NCBI GenBank assembly: GCA_964245395.1
Contig: CAXTMN010000001.1
Span: 56,552-120,551 of the forward strand
From: an uncultured Bryobacteraceae bacterium
GTDB lineage: Bacteria; Acidobacteriota; Terriglobia; Bryobacterales; Bryobacteraceae
Direction of reading: 5' to 3'
DNA: 64,000 nt
A program made the position numbers and the translations under genes. Positions within the stretch are counted from its first letter, which is position 1, and every line of letters starts with the position of its first letter. Shown piece after piece: positions 26,009 to 35,884 of the stretch. The notes under the pieces were generated by a model, which saw nothing but the letters and a program-made list of their open reading frames with translations, did no database searches and had not been told where the DNA came from.

Positions 26009-26535
26009 TCTTGCGCAGGGTGAGCGCCGGTTTTACACCGTCATTTCCACCATTGCCCGCTGCTCGTCATTTGCCCGTCTATCTGCGATGGATGTAGAGC
26101 CAGAGGAAAACGTCCATTTCTTAATAGCCTTGCCTCCAGCTGGACCGCGCGTACGGCGTACGGCGTCCTCCCTATCCCTTATAACGGCCTCTCGGATGAA
26201 TATTTCCGCTGCAGTCAGCGTCTCGACGCTGCTCTCGCAAATCAAAAATATCGGTTCTTAGTATCTGCATGTCCGAATCCAATTACGCGGAAAACTTGTT
26301 TGGATGCCAGCGCGTTCATGGCACTCGGATATTCGAAATACGGCGAAGTCCATCGGGTCTCCACCCTCCTAATAATCGCCAGCACATCGCACTCCGCTTC
26401 CTGTCTTTCTTTACCTAGATCATTTCTCACTGATTCATGCAGTCTATTCATAGCTCCATTCGACAAGTACAGTCTGGACGCATAAACGGAGGAAGCCTAG
26501 ACTTGAGATTGGGTTGCTGCTTAGTAGGGCAATAA

Positions 26536-27618
<1,083 letters not shown>

Positions 27619-27619
27619 G

Positions 27620-28125
27620 CTAGAGATGAGTTGACGTTCTGGCCTGCTCGTTCCATCGCTGTGCGTTCAGGCCCCTTACGAGGAGCAACCCGTCAGCAAT
27701 ACTTCCGCTACGAATCCGAGGACCTGATTATAGGGTGATAGATGAGTTGCAAATGGCGGCGACAAGAAGCTCAGCCAACCCAAACCGGCTAATGCCATGA
27801 GCACGCCCAGGGTCCGAGGGAACTTTGGGCGTGCAGTTTAGGCCTGAATAAACGAAAGAAGAGGGCTGTTAAAGCAATGTATCAAGCGGTGGCGACGAGG
27901 CCGGCGGCTAAACCCAAGCGAAATACAGGTTCGTGCGCCAGGATGTGGTGCGCTGTCGCTTCGGCGACGCCAGGGATAACGAGTTCCTTTCATCAAGAGT
28001 CCGCCGCCTATGGCCGTGAGCAAGTAGAGCAGGTAAACGACGCCGGTGATCCTCGCCTTGGATGGAGGGGATGCTTCTGCACCTCCTCCGGTGAATCGAG
28101 GTGTGATCCTGTTGATTTTTTCCAA
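27620..28125 (-). pseudogene. DUF4386-family membrane protein gene with multiple frameshifts
   Basis: Family-typical segments lie in different frames: ARITGVVYLLYLLTAIGGGLL; ELVIPGVAEATAHHILAHEPVFRLGLAAGLVA; YIALTALFFRLF; VLMALAGLGWLSFLSPPFATHLSPYNQVLGFVAEVLL; LLLVRGLNAQRWNEQA. Confidence 0.6.
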
Positions 28126-28138
28126 TCCCTCCTGAAGA

Positions 28139-28939
28139 TTATGCGGTCGAAGCAGAGGCTCGGGTGCGGCAATATTGACGCGGGGAACAGCCCATCCCCC
28201 TCTTAAAGGCAAAGCCAAACGCGCTCTCGGATTCATAGCCGAGTGATAAAGCGATCGTTGAAACAGAATCGCGCGAATTCGCAAGCCGGTCCCCTGCGAG
28301 GAGCATCCGCCAGCGAGTCAGGTACACCATGGGGGAAGTGCCCACCTTCTCCTTGAAGCGGAGCGCGAAGGCTGATCGCGACATGCCGGCACGTTCGGCT
28401 AGTTTCTGTAATGTCCAGCGATAGCCAGGACTCTCGTGCAGCGCCGTAACGGCTGCGCTCATCTGCTTGTCTGCGAGCGCGAAAAGCCATCCAACTCCGC
28501 CCGTCAGCTGGTCCGCCATGTACAGTCGCAGTACCTCGATCAGCATCATCTGCGCGAGGTGTTCTCCGAGCAGGACCCCGCCTGGGTGTGGCTCGCGCAG
28601 TACTTTCATCATGCGCTCCAGATACCAGCGCATGGCCGCCCGATCGGAATCATTGCGGATGTGCACGATAGGCGGCAGCACTCCTAACAGCATGCTGGCG
28701 TGATCTCCGGCAAAGGTGAAGAACGCGCTGAGAGCGAGGCAAGCACCGCCACCGTTCCATGCAAAGATGCGCCCGTTCAGAGGTGCCCTAATGATGCTCA
28801 GGATGTCGACCGGAGTCACGGTCAGATCGCTCGCAAGGCGGAACGCCCGCCCATGTGGCAGCACAACGAAGTCGCCCGTTTCGAGGCGAACCGCGTCAGC
28901 AACGCCGTCCATCGACAGCCAGCACTGGCCGGAAACCAT
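28139..28939 (-). CDS. AraC-family regulator (cupin_6 N-domain + HTH); 5' end apparently frameshifted
   Basis: C-terminal AraC HTH (GMSRSAFALRFKEKVGTSPMVYLTRWRM...IALSLGYESESAFGFAFKR). The expected N-terminus DPLSDVLSLLKPRGYMSGG lies upstream at 29002..29058 in another frame. VDAGGDWSIQFKQDEGFRCFA is in the CDS frame but has no start codon. Confidence 0.75.
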   Translation of the reverse strand: MVSGQCWLSMDGVADAVRLETGDFVVLPHGRAFRLASDLTVTPVDILSIIRAPLNGRIFAWNGGGACLALSAFFTFAGDHASMLLGVLPPIVHIRNDSDRAAMRWYLERMMKVLREPHPGGVLLGEHLAQMMLIEVLRLYMADQLTGGVGWLFALADKQMSAAVTALHESPGYRWTLQKLAERAGMSRSAFALRFKEKVGTSPMVYLTRWRMLLAGDRLANSRDSVSTIALSLGYESESAFGFAFKRGMGCSPRQYCRTRASASTA

Positions 28940-29151
28940 GGCAAAGCACCTGAAACCTTCATCCTGCTTAAACTGAATGGACCAGTCTCCACCCGCATCG
29001 ACCCACCGGACATGTAACCGCGAGGTTTGAGCAGCGACAGCACATCTGAAAGCGGATCGGTAGCTATGCTGGACGATCTCGATATTAAATACGACTCCAC
29101 AGCATAGATTGTATTCGTGGAAACTTTTAACGTGGATGAGGGAGATGGCAA

Positions 29152-30114
29152 ATGCGTGTTTTTGTGACTGGCGCTACGGGATTTATCGGATTTGCGATCG
29201 TTAAAGAACTCATCGGCGCAGGGCATCAAGTAACAGGCCTGGCACGCTCGGACGCGTCTGGCAAGAAGCTGACAGATGCCGGTGCAAGAGTTCACGTAGG
29301 CTCTGTTGAAGACCTCCACGGTCTGCGCCGCGCGGCAGCTGATGCGGAGGGCGCGATTCACACGGCTTTTTACCACAAGATCTCGCACATTCCACTCGGA
29401 ACACGCCTTCGGGTGTTGTTGGGCGGGGCTCCAGGCGGAATCGTCCAAAGATTCATGGCGGCAGCCGTCGCAACCGACCGGCGCGCGGTGGAGACGATCG
29501 GTCAATCGCTATCGGGAACGGATCGCCCCTTGGTGGCCACCTTTGGAACTCTGGCCATGAAACAAGGACAACTTGCCACCGAGGATCAGGCGTACGACAC
29601 TGCCTTCTTCGGAGCAGCGCGCGCCAGGACGGAAGATACGCTACAGGAGTTGGCTTCGCGCGGCATTCGGACCTCAGCGATCCGCCTTTCACCGATTGTT
29701 CATGGCGCTGGCGATCATGGATTCGCTCCGCAGCTCATCCAAATTGCACGGAAGAAGAGGGAATCGGCGTATGTGGGCGACGGTTTCAACCGATGGCCTT
29801 CGGTGCACCAGCTCGATGCTGCCCGTCTTTTCCGCCTGGCACTCGAGAACGGACCTGCGGGAGGAACTTATCACGGTGTCGCCGAGGAGGGCATTCCGTT
29901 CCGGGAGATTGCTGGCCTGATCGGACGGCGTCTGAACGTAGCGGTGGTCAGCAAGTCTCCGGTCGAGGCAGCCAAGCAGTTCAGCTTTCTTGCGCCATTT
30001 ATCCCGATGGACAATCCCACGTCCAGCAAGTTGACCCAGGAACGCCTCGGCTGGAAGCCAACACAGCCGGGCTTACTTGCTGATCTTGAGCAGGGAGACT
30101 ACTTCAAAGCCTGA
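29152..30114 (+). CDS. NAD(P)-dependent SDR-family epimerase/NmrA-like oxidoreductase
   Basis: MRVFVTGATGFIGFAIVKEL is a Rossmann motif. Transcribed divergently from the AraC gene. Confidence 0.8.
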   Translation: MRVFVTGATGFIGFAIVKELIGAGHQVTGLARSDASGKKLTDAGARVHVGSVEDLHGLRRAAADAEGAIHTAFYHKISHIPLGTRLRVLLGGAPGGIVQRFMAAAVATDRRAVETIGQSLSGTDRPLVATFGTLAMKQGQLATEDQAYDTAFFGAARARTEDTLQELASRGIRTSAIRLSPIVHGAGDHGFAPQLIQIARKKRESAYVGDGFNRWPSVHQLDAARLFRLALENGPAGGTYHGVAEEGIPFREIAGLIGRRLNVAVVSKSPVEAAKQFSFLAPFIPMDNPTSSKLTQERLGWKPTQPGLLADLEQGDYFKA

Positions 30115-30246
30115 GCAGACTACCAGTCCGGAACAGAGGCGTGAACGCGGCATTCGGTTACCTCGACGAGAAGGTCCAGCTTGTGTAGGACCGGGGTAGG
30201 AGTCAGTGATCAAGACAGCAAGGCGTTCCAGGTATAGTAATGCTTC

Positions 30247-30609
30247 GTGCCTCGAATGCCTAGGCAACCTAAAAAGGCCTCCGGTGATGCCGAACTCCTC
30301 CAGGGAACGCTGGATCTCTTGATCCTGAGGGTCGCGGCACTTCGGCCCATTCATGGCTACGCCATTCTCCAGCGCATCGGGCAGCTTTCCAGAGAGGCGC
30401 TTCAGATTCGCCAAGGGTCTCTCTACCCAGCACTTTACAGGTTGGAAGAGCGAGGCTGGCTCAAGTCTGATTGGCAGGCAGCCGAGAGTGGGCGGAACGC
30501 GAAGTTCTATACGGTTACTAAATTGGGCCGGCGTCAACTCGAAGCCGAGAAGGCGGGTTGGAGACGTCTGTGTGAAGCCATTTCGCTCGTTCTTGAAACC
30601 GGGGATTAG
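30247..30609 (+). CDS. PadR-family transcriptional regulator
   Basis: LDLLILRVAALRPIHGYAILQRIGQLS...GSLYPALYRLEERGWL. Confidence 0.85.
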   Translation: MPRMPRQPKKASGDAELLQGTLDLLILRVAALRPIHGYAILQRIGQLSREALQIRQGSLYPALYRLEERGWLKSDWQAAESGRNAKFYTVTKLGRRQLEAEKAGWRRLCEAISLVLETGD

Positions 30610-30621
30610 AGGAGCGGAAAG

Positions 30622-31149
30622 ATGATATGGGGGTGGCTCAAGCGGCGGCGGTGGGAAGGGCAAATGGAGGCCGAGTTTCAGGCTCATCAGGAGAATCGAA
30701 TTGCGGATTTGATGCAAGGCGGACTTACACGTGAGGAGGCGGAACGACGTGCCCGCCGTGACTTCGGTTCGGTCGAGCTGGCGAAAGACGAATGCCGCCA
30801 TGAGAGAGCGTTCGAGCCGGCTGATCGCTGCCTACGCAATCTTCGTCAGGCCGTCCGCTCTCTGTCCAGGTCTCCGGGTTATTGCGCGGCGGCGATCCTG
30901 ACTCTCGCCTTGGGCATCGGAGCAAATACGGCAATTTTCACAGCATTAGAGGGAGTAGTCCTCCAGGCCGCAATGCTTACCCGGGTGCTATCCAGCTTTT
31001 CGCGCCTCCTCTACGGGGTGCGCGCAACTGATTGGCTGACTTTCGTGGCTGTATCGCTCTGTCTGTTGCTCGCCGCGCTTGGCGCGTCTTACCTGCCAGC
31101 CCGGCGTGCGGCACGACTCGATCCCATGGCCGTACTTCGCCACGACTAA
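30622..31149 (+). CDS. ADOP/MacB-FtsX-type permease reduced by an in-frame internal deletion (175 aa)
   Basis: The N-terminal leader and first TM (LRQAVRSLSRSPGYCAAAILTLALGIGANTAIF) are joined to the extreme C-terminus (LLYGVRATDWLTFVAVSLCLLLAALGASYLPARRAARLDPMAVLRHD). Family members are about 800-900 aa. Confidence 0.7.
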   Translation: MIWGWLKRRRWEGQMEAEFQAHQENRIADLMQGGLTREEAERRARRDFGSVELAKDECRHERAFEPADRCLRNLRQAVRSLSRSPGYCAAAILTLALGIGANTAIFTALEGVVLQAAMLTRVLSSFSRLLYGVRATDWLTFVAVSLCLLLAALGASYLPARRAARLDPMAVLRHD

Positions 31150-31283
31150 TCGAAGCATCGAAAGTGAGTGCTCCATGGAGAGCGGGCGCTAACGTCGTTC
31201 GTGTCCCAGGTTCGTCATGACGACTTGCCTTGGCATTCTCTGGTGTCGCGCTGCCCGGGCGATTGATAACGTATGAAGACGAG

Positions 31284-32357
31284 ATGACATTCGCACGATC
31301 GGTCCTTCTGCTAGCTTGTTTCTCACCGTGGTGCGCTTCGGGGCAGGCTCCGGGTGCGCAATTGCCGGAAGCTCCGAATCGGGAGACCGTTCAGCGGATA
31401 TGCTCATCGTGTCATCCGGCGCAGATCGTTCTCGGGCGGGGGATGACTCGTGAGCAGTGGGGCAGCATTGTCTCGAATATGATCAGCCGAGGCGCCAAGG
31501 GCTCTGACGAAGAGTTCGCTCAGGTGGTCGACTACCTTGCTCAAAATTTGCCGCCGGCCAAAGAAGGCGCAAGCCCAGTTGTAAAAGCCAAGGCTGCGCG
31601 GCCACAGAGCCTGATTGATCAAGCCGGGCCCAATGACAAGCAGGTGGTGGATGAAGACGCGGCAGCGCGCGGGAAAGCCCTTTACAAGGCTCAGTGCGTG
31701 GCGTGCCATGGAGAGCGAGCGCGCGGCGGCGAGCGGGGACCGGATTTAGTGCGATCGTTAGTAGTCCTGCATGATCGCTATGGAAACACCATCGGGACGT
31801 ATCTGGTAAAAGATCATCCCAACGCAAAATCGATCACACTGACGAAGGCTGAGATTGTCGACTTGTCTCATTTCCTGCACCAGCAAGTGGGCGACACGTT
31901 GCGAACAGGCCCGTTTAACAAGGTGCTGAACATTTTGGTGGGAGATCCCAGAGAAGGAAAGGCCTACTTCAACGGACCGGGGAAGTGCAGCCAATGCCAC
32001 TCTACGACGGGCGACCTGGCACATATTGCCAGCAAGTATGATCCTCCGGTTTTGCAATTGAAAGTGGTTTTTCCGCAGACCGCCGCATTCGGCCGGCGGA
32101 GCGTTGCGAATTCCCGCAAGCCGGTGACGGTTACAGTAACGACGGCCAAGGGCGAGAGCGCGACGGGTGTTCTGGAGGAGATCGATGATTTCAATGTTTC
32201 CTTACGCGACGACACGGGCCACTATCGTAGCTTTGAGCGTGGGCCCCAAGTCAAAGTCGAGAGGCATGATCCATATGTCGCTCACGTCGCGCTACTCGAT
32301 GAATACACCGACAAAGACATTCACGACGTGGTTGCTTACCTGGAGACTTTCAAATGA
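31284..32357 (+). CDS. c-type cytochrome with three CxxCH motifs
   Basis: Signal peptide MTFARSVLLLACFSPWCASG. Heme motifs CSSCH, CVACH and CSQCH. The stop overlaps the next start (ATGA). Confidence 0.8.
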   Translation: MTFARSVLLLACFSPWCASGQAPGAQLPEAPNRETVQRICSSCHPAQIVLGRGMTREQWGSIVSNMISRGAKGSDEEFAQVVDYLAQNLPPAKEGASPVVKAKAARPQSLIDQAGPNDKQVVDEDAAARGKALYKAQCVACHGERARGGERGPDLVRSLVVLHDRYGNTIGTYLVKDHPNAKSITLTKAEIVDLSHFLHQQVGDTLRTGPFNKVLNILVGDPREGKAYFNGPGKCSQCHSTTGDLAHIASKYDPPVLQLKVVFPQTAAFGRRSVANSRKPVTVTVTTAKGESATGVLEEIDDFNVSLRDDTGHYRSFERGPQVKVERHDPYVAHVALLDEYTDKDIHDVVAYLETFK

Positions 32358-33943
32358 AGTTTTTTGCGATCGTAGCACTGGCTCTATTCCCGCTGGTTTC
32401 TGTGCCTGGGGCCGACCCGGACGGTGGCCTGGATCCTTCCGTGCTGCTGCATCCAACAGTCGATTCATGGCCGACGTACAACGGCGACTACTCAGGCCGG
32501 CGTTTTAGCAGCCTGACTAAGATCAATGATCGGAATGTGAGGTCGCTGAGTCTCGCGTGGATGTATCAGCTTTCGAGCAGCGGCGATCCTTCGGGCGGGC
32601 GAATCTCGGCGACGCCGCTGGTGGTGAACGGGATTATGTATTTCACGGTGCCCGATAAAGTCTGGGCAATTGATGCGCGCACTGGCCACGAGGTCTGGAC
32701 ATACACGTGGACCTCAAAGGGAGGCATTCACCTGGGAAATCGGGGGGTGGGCATATCCGGCAATTCGCTCTTTTTCGAGACGCCCGATTGCAACCTTGTC
32801 TCGCTGAATTTGAAGGACGGTAAGAAGCAGTGGAATCAGGAAATCTGCGATCTCGATCAGATGTACTATGCATCTGTCGCCCCGGTGGTGATCAAGAATC
32901 ACGTCATCACGGGAGTCAGCGGCGACGATCTTGACCGGCCCGGTTATCTCGAGGCACGAGATCCGGAAACAGGCGCACTCCAGTGGCACTGGTCGGTGGT
33001 GCCGAAGCCCGGCGAGCCGGGTTCGGAAACCTGGCCGAACGCGGATGCGATGGAGCATGGCGGCGGGATGACCTGGATCTCTTCCACGTATGACCCGGAG
33101 TTGAACATGCTTTTCGTGGGCACTGGCAATCCTCAGCCGGTGGTTGCGTCGAAAGCGCGAGCAGGTTCTAATCTTTTCACGGAATCGATTGTGGCTCTCA
33201 ATGCGGATACAGGCAAACTGATCTGGTATTTTCAGCCGTCCCCCCATGACACGCATGATTGGGACGCCGTTCAAACGCCGGTTCTCTTTGACGGTGAGAT
33301 CGACGGAAAAAAGCGCAAACTGGTGGCGCAAGCGAGCCGCAATGGATGGTTCTTTGCGTTGGATCGCGAAACAGGCAAGAACTACGTCACTTCTCAATTT
33401 GTAAAGACGAACTGGGCAAAAGGCGTGGATGCCAAGGGGCAGCCCATCCCGAATCCGGTGAAAGAACCGCAGATTGCCGGCGCGCTGGTCTCGCCAAACC
33501 AGGGAGGCGCTGTCAATTGGCCGCCGCCGACCTTCAGTCCGCAGACCGGGTTGTTCTACGTCAACGCGACCCGCGCGTTCAGCCTCTATTACATTTTCGA
33601 CGATGCAGACAAGCCTGAAGGATGGGGCGGCAATGACCAGGGTGGATGGGCGGAATCGATGCTGCAAGCGCTGGACTATCGCACTGGCGCGATCAAGTGG
33701 AGCCACAAGTGGGAATCATCGGGGATTCGAGGCGGCTTGCTGAGCACGGCCGGTAACCTGGTGTTCGCCGGCGACCCGAGCACCAATCTGGTGGCGCTGA
33801 ATGCTGCTACAGGAGGAGTGTTGTGGCACGCAAACCTCGGGAAATCCGTTTCGAATGGGGCGATCACTTACGAACTTGATGAACGCCAGTATCTGGTAGT
33901 GGGCGCAGGCGATAAGATGTTCGCGTTTGTCATGAACGAGTGA
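32354..33943 (+). CDS. PQQ-dependent dehydrogenase (8-bladed propeller quinoprotein)
   Basis: WPTYNGDYSGRRFSSLTKINDRNV..., ALNADTGKLIWYFQPSPHDTHDWDA..., RNGWFFALDRETGK align with the methanol/ethanol dehydrogenase family. Confidence 0.85.
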   Translation: MKFFAIVALALFPLVSVPGADPDGGLDPSVLLHPTVDSWPTYNGDYSGRRFSSLTKINDRNVRSLSLAWMYQLSSSGDPSGGRISATPLVVNGIMYFTVPDKVWAIDARTGHEVWTYTWTSKGGIHLGNRGVGISGNSLFFETPDCNLVSLNLKDGKKQWNQEICDLDQMYYASVAPVVIKNHVITGVSGDDLDRPGYLEARDPETGALQWHWSVVPKPGEPGSETWPNADAMEHGGGMTWISSTYDPELNMLFVGTGNPQPVVASKARAGSNLFTESIVALNADTGKLIWYFQPSPHDTHDWDAVQTPVLFDGEIDGKKRKLVAQASRNGWFFALDRETGKNYVTSQFVKTNWAKGVDAKGQPIPNPVKEPQIAGALVSPNQGGAVNWPPPTFSPQTGLFYVNATRAFSLYYIFDDADKPEGWGGNDQGGWAESMLQALDYRTGAIKWSHKWESSGIRGGLLSTAGNLVFAGDPSTNLVALNAATGGVLWHANLGKSVSNGAITYELDERQYLVVGAGDKMFAFVMNE

Positions 33944-34047
33944 GCAGGAGTGGACTGGCCGTTAGAGGACATTTATTCTGACTTATCAGCAAAGCGGCGT
34001 AACAGAGGCATGCGCTTGCAACAACTCCAAAATGTCCTGGTAGAACC

Positions 34048-35337
34048 ATGGTTAAAAGAGGAGCTTCTTTGCAGAATCAGTTCCGGTTAGCCTGCGCGTT
34101 GCTTGCGGCTTCCATTCCTACTTTTGCTGCCGAACCATTCGGCCTTCACGATGGCGACCGGGTAGTTTTCTACGGAGACAGTATTACCGATCAGAGACTC
34201 TACACGGTCATCACGGAAACATACATCACCACGCGGTACCCGCAACTCGGTATTAGATTCATACACTCCGGATGGGGCGGCGATCGAGTAAGCGGGGGCG
34301 GCGGCGGTCCCATCGACGTTCGTCTAAACCGGGACGTAATCGCTTACAAACCGACCGTCATGACCATCATGCTCGGGATGAATGATGGCAATTATGCTCC
34401 CGAATCCGAGAAGACAGACCACACCTTTTTCGATGGCTACCGGCACATCGTGGATGCCGTGAAGTCCGCACTTCCCGGTATTCGAATCACTGCGATCGAA
34501 GCATCCCCCTACGATGACGTTACCAGGCCGCCGCTCTTCTCTGCCGGTTACAACGAAGTGCTGATCAGCTTTTCGAAGTGGATTTCCAACTACGCCAAGG
34601 GAGCTGGGTTGAACGTAGCCGACTTCAACACACCAATGGTCGAGATGCTGCAGAAAGCCAACGCGCTTGCGCATGAAGACGCCCTGAAGATCCTTCCAGA
34701 CCGGGTTCATCCTGGCTTTTCAGGGCACCTGGTGATGGCAGACCAGCTGTTGAAGTCGTGGAATGCTCGTCCGGTAGTCGCGGCGGTAGACATTTCGGTA
34801 AGCGGGAACTCAGCGACTGCGGCCGCTGAGCACGCGGTCATCTCGCATCTTGCCGGTGGTCATTCTCTTTCCTGGACGGAACTGGATGATGCACTTCCTT
34901 TGCCCACTGCTGAATGGGAAAAGATGTGGGGAGCCGGGCCAGTGGCCCTGGTACTGAAGTCTTCGAATTTTACTGCCGATCTGAATCGTGAACCGCTGAA
35001 AGTGAACGGTCTTACAAGCGGTTCTTATAGCGTCAAAGTGGATGGGCAGGTGGTTGGGACGTTCAACAACGACCAGTTGGCGAACGGCGTTAATCTCGCC
35101 CTTCTGGATACACCGATGACCAGGCAAGCCATGCAGGTGTACGACCTGACCGTGTCTCATTGCGACGTCCACAACGAACGGTGGCGGACCGTTGAAGTAC
35201 CGCTGACCAAGTACGACTTCCCGGCAACCGCGCCGGCGATGCAAGCGGCTGACAAGTTAGAACAGGCGATCGTTGAAAGACGGCACCAAATAGCACAGCC
35301 GAAGGAACATAGATTTGAAATTAGCCTGGTCGAGTAG
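34048..35337 (+). CDS. SGNH/GDSL-family hydrolase with extra C-terminal domain
   Basis: Signal peptide. Block I VVFYGDSITDQ, MLGMNDG, and DRVHP (catalytic D-x-x-H). Confidence 0.8.
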   Translation: MVKRGASLQNQFRLACALLAASIPTFAAEPFGLHDGDRVVFYGDSITDQRLYTVITETYITTRYPQLGIRFIHSGWGGDRVSGGGGGPIDVRLNRDVIAYKPTVMTIMLGMNDGNYAPESEKTDHTFFDGYRHIVDAVKSALPGIRITAIEASPYDDVTRPPLFSAGYNEVLISFSKWISNYAKGAGLNVADFNTPMVEMLQKANALAHEDALKILPDRVHPGFSGHLVMADQLLKSWNARPVVAAVDISVSGNSATAAAEHAVISHLAGGHSLSWTELDDALPLPTAEWEKMWGAGPVALVLKSSNFTADLNREPLKVNGLTSGSYSVKVDGQVVGTFNNDQLANGVNLALLDTPMTRQAMQVYDLTVSHCDVHNERWRTVEVPLTKYDFPATAPAMQAADKLEQAIVERRHQIAQPKEHRFEISLVE

Positions 35338-35463
35338 CGCACTGCTTTCGCTTTGGACATTTCGTAGACCCGCCACTGGCAGATTCTCAAGCTCGTTGTG
35401 CATCAGGCCCATAACAAGCGCCGGAATTGCCGTCGATTTACTGATGATCTGAAAGCCGATCGG

Positions 35464-35531
35464 CTAACGAAGAATGTATAGGAGAGTCTGACGGAAGTTT
35501 GATGTAAGACGGCTCATGTCTTTGGATCCTA
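35464..35531 (-). pseudogene. displaced 3' end of the radical-SAM gene (separated by the IS)
   Basis: After removing the IS and one TSD copy, the reading frame continues ...HYQNVG-SKDMSRLTSNFRQTLLYILR and stops at 35464..35466. Confidence 0.6.
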
Positions 35532-35590
35532 TGACCTGAACCCCTGAAACTGGTCCGAAATTCGGTAGGATTCGGAACAAGGAGAAAGGG

Positions 35591-35884
35591 ATGAAGAAGG
35601 GTCGATTCAGCGAAGAGCAGATCATAGGAATCTTGAAGCGGCACGAATCTGGGCAGAAGGTGGCGGAGCTGGCGCGCGAGCACGGGATCAGCGAAGCGAC
35701 GATCTACACGTGGAAAGGCAAGTACGGCGGCATGGAAGTAAGCGAAGCACAGCGCCTGAAGAGCCTGGAGGATGAGAACCGCCGACTGAAGCATTTGGTT
35801 GCCGATCTCAGCCTGGACAAAGAAGTTCTGAAAGCGGTGATCTCAAAAAACGGCTGGGGCTCGCAGCTCAACGGCAAGATGTAG
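35591..35884 (+). CDS. IS3-family transposase OrfA (HTH)
   Basis: MKKGRFSEEQIIGILKRHESGQKVAELAREHGISEATIYTWKGKYGGMEVSEAQRLKSLEDEN is typical of IS3/IS407 OrfA. Confidence 0.85.
   Translation: MKKGRFSEEQIIGILKRHESGQKVAELAREHGISEATIYTWKGKYGGMEVSEAQRLKSLEDENRRLKHLVADLSLDKEVLKAVISKNGWGSQLNGKM
35845..35851 (+). other. candidate -1 programmed frameshift heptamer A_AAA_AAC
   Basis: Read in the orfA frame as tcA AAA AAC, near the 3' end of orfA, as in IS3-family elements. Confidence 0.5.

Noticed and set aside
28822-29505. 227-aa minus-strand ORF
   Set aside because: Most of it is antisense to the well-supported SDR gene 29152..30114, a shadow ORF in GC-rich DNA. Only its last ~20 codons (DPLSDVLSLLKPRGYMSGG) are meaningful, as the displaced N-terminus of the AraC gene.
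30073-30801. 242-aa minus-strand ORF
   Set aside because: It is antisense to the PadR gene and the ADOP-remnant gene. No motifs are present.
32714-33706. 330-aa minus-strand ORF
   Set aside because: It is antisense to the PQQ dehydrogenase, whose own frame has strong family motifs.
35438-35794. 118-aa minus-strand ORF crossing the left IS end
   Set aside because: It is antisense to IS orfA and runs across the IS/chromosome junction. It is an artefact of the insertion.
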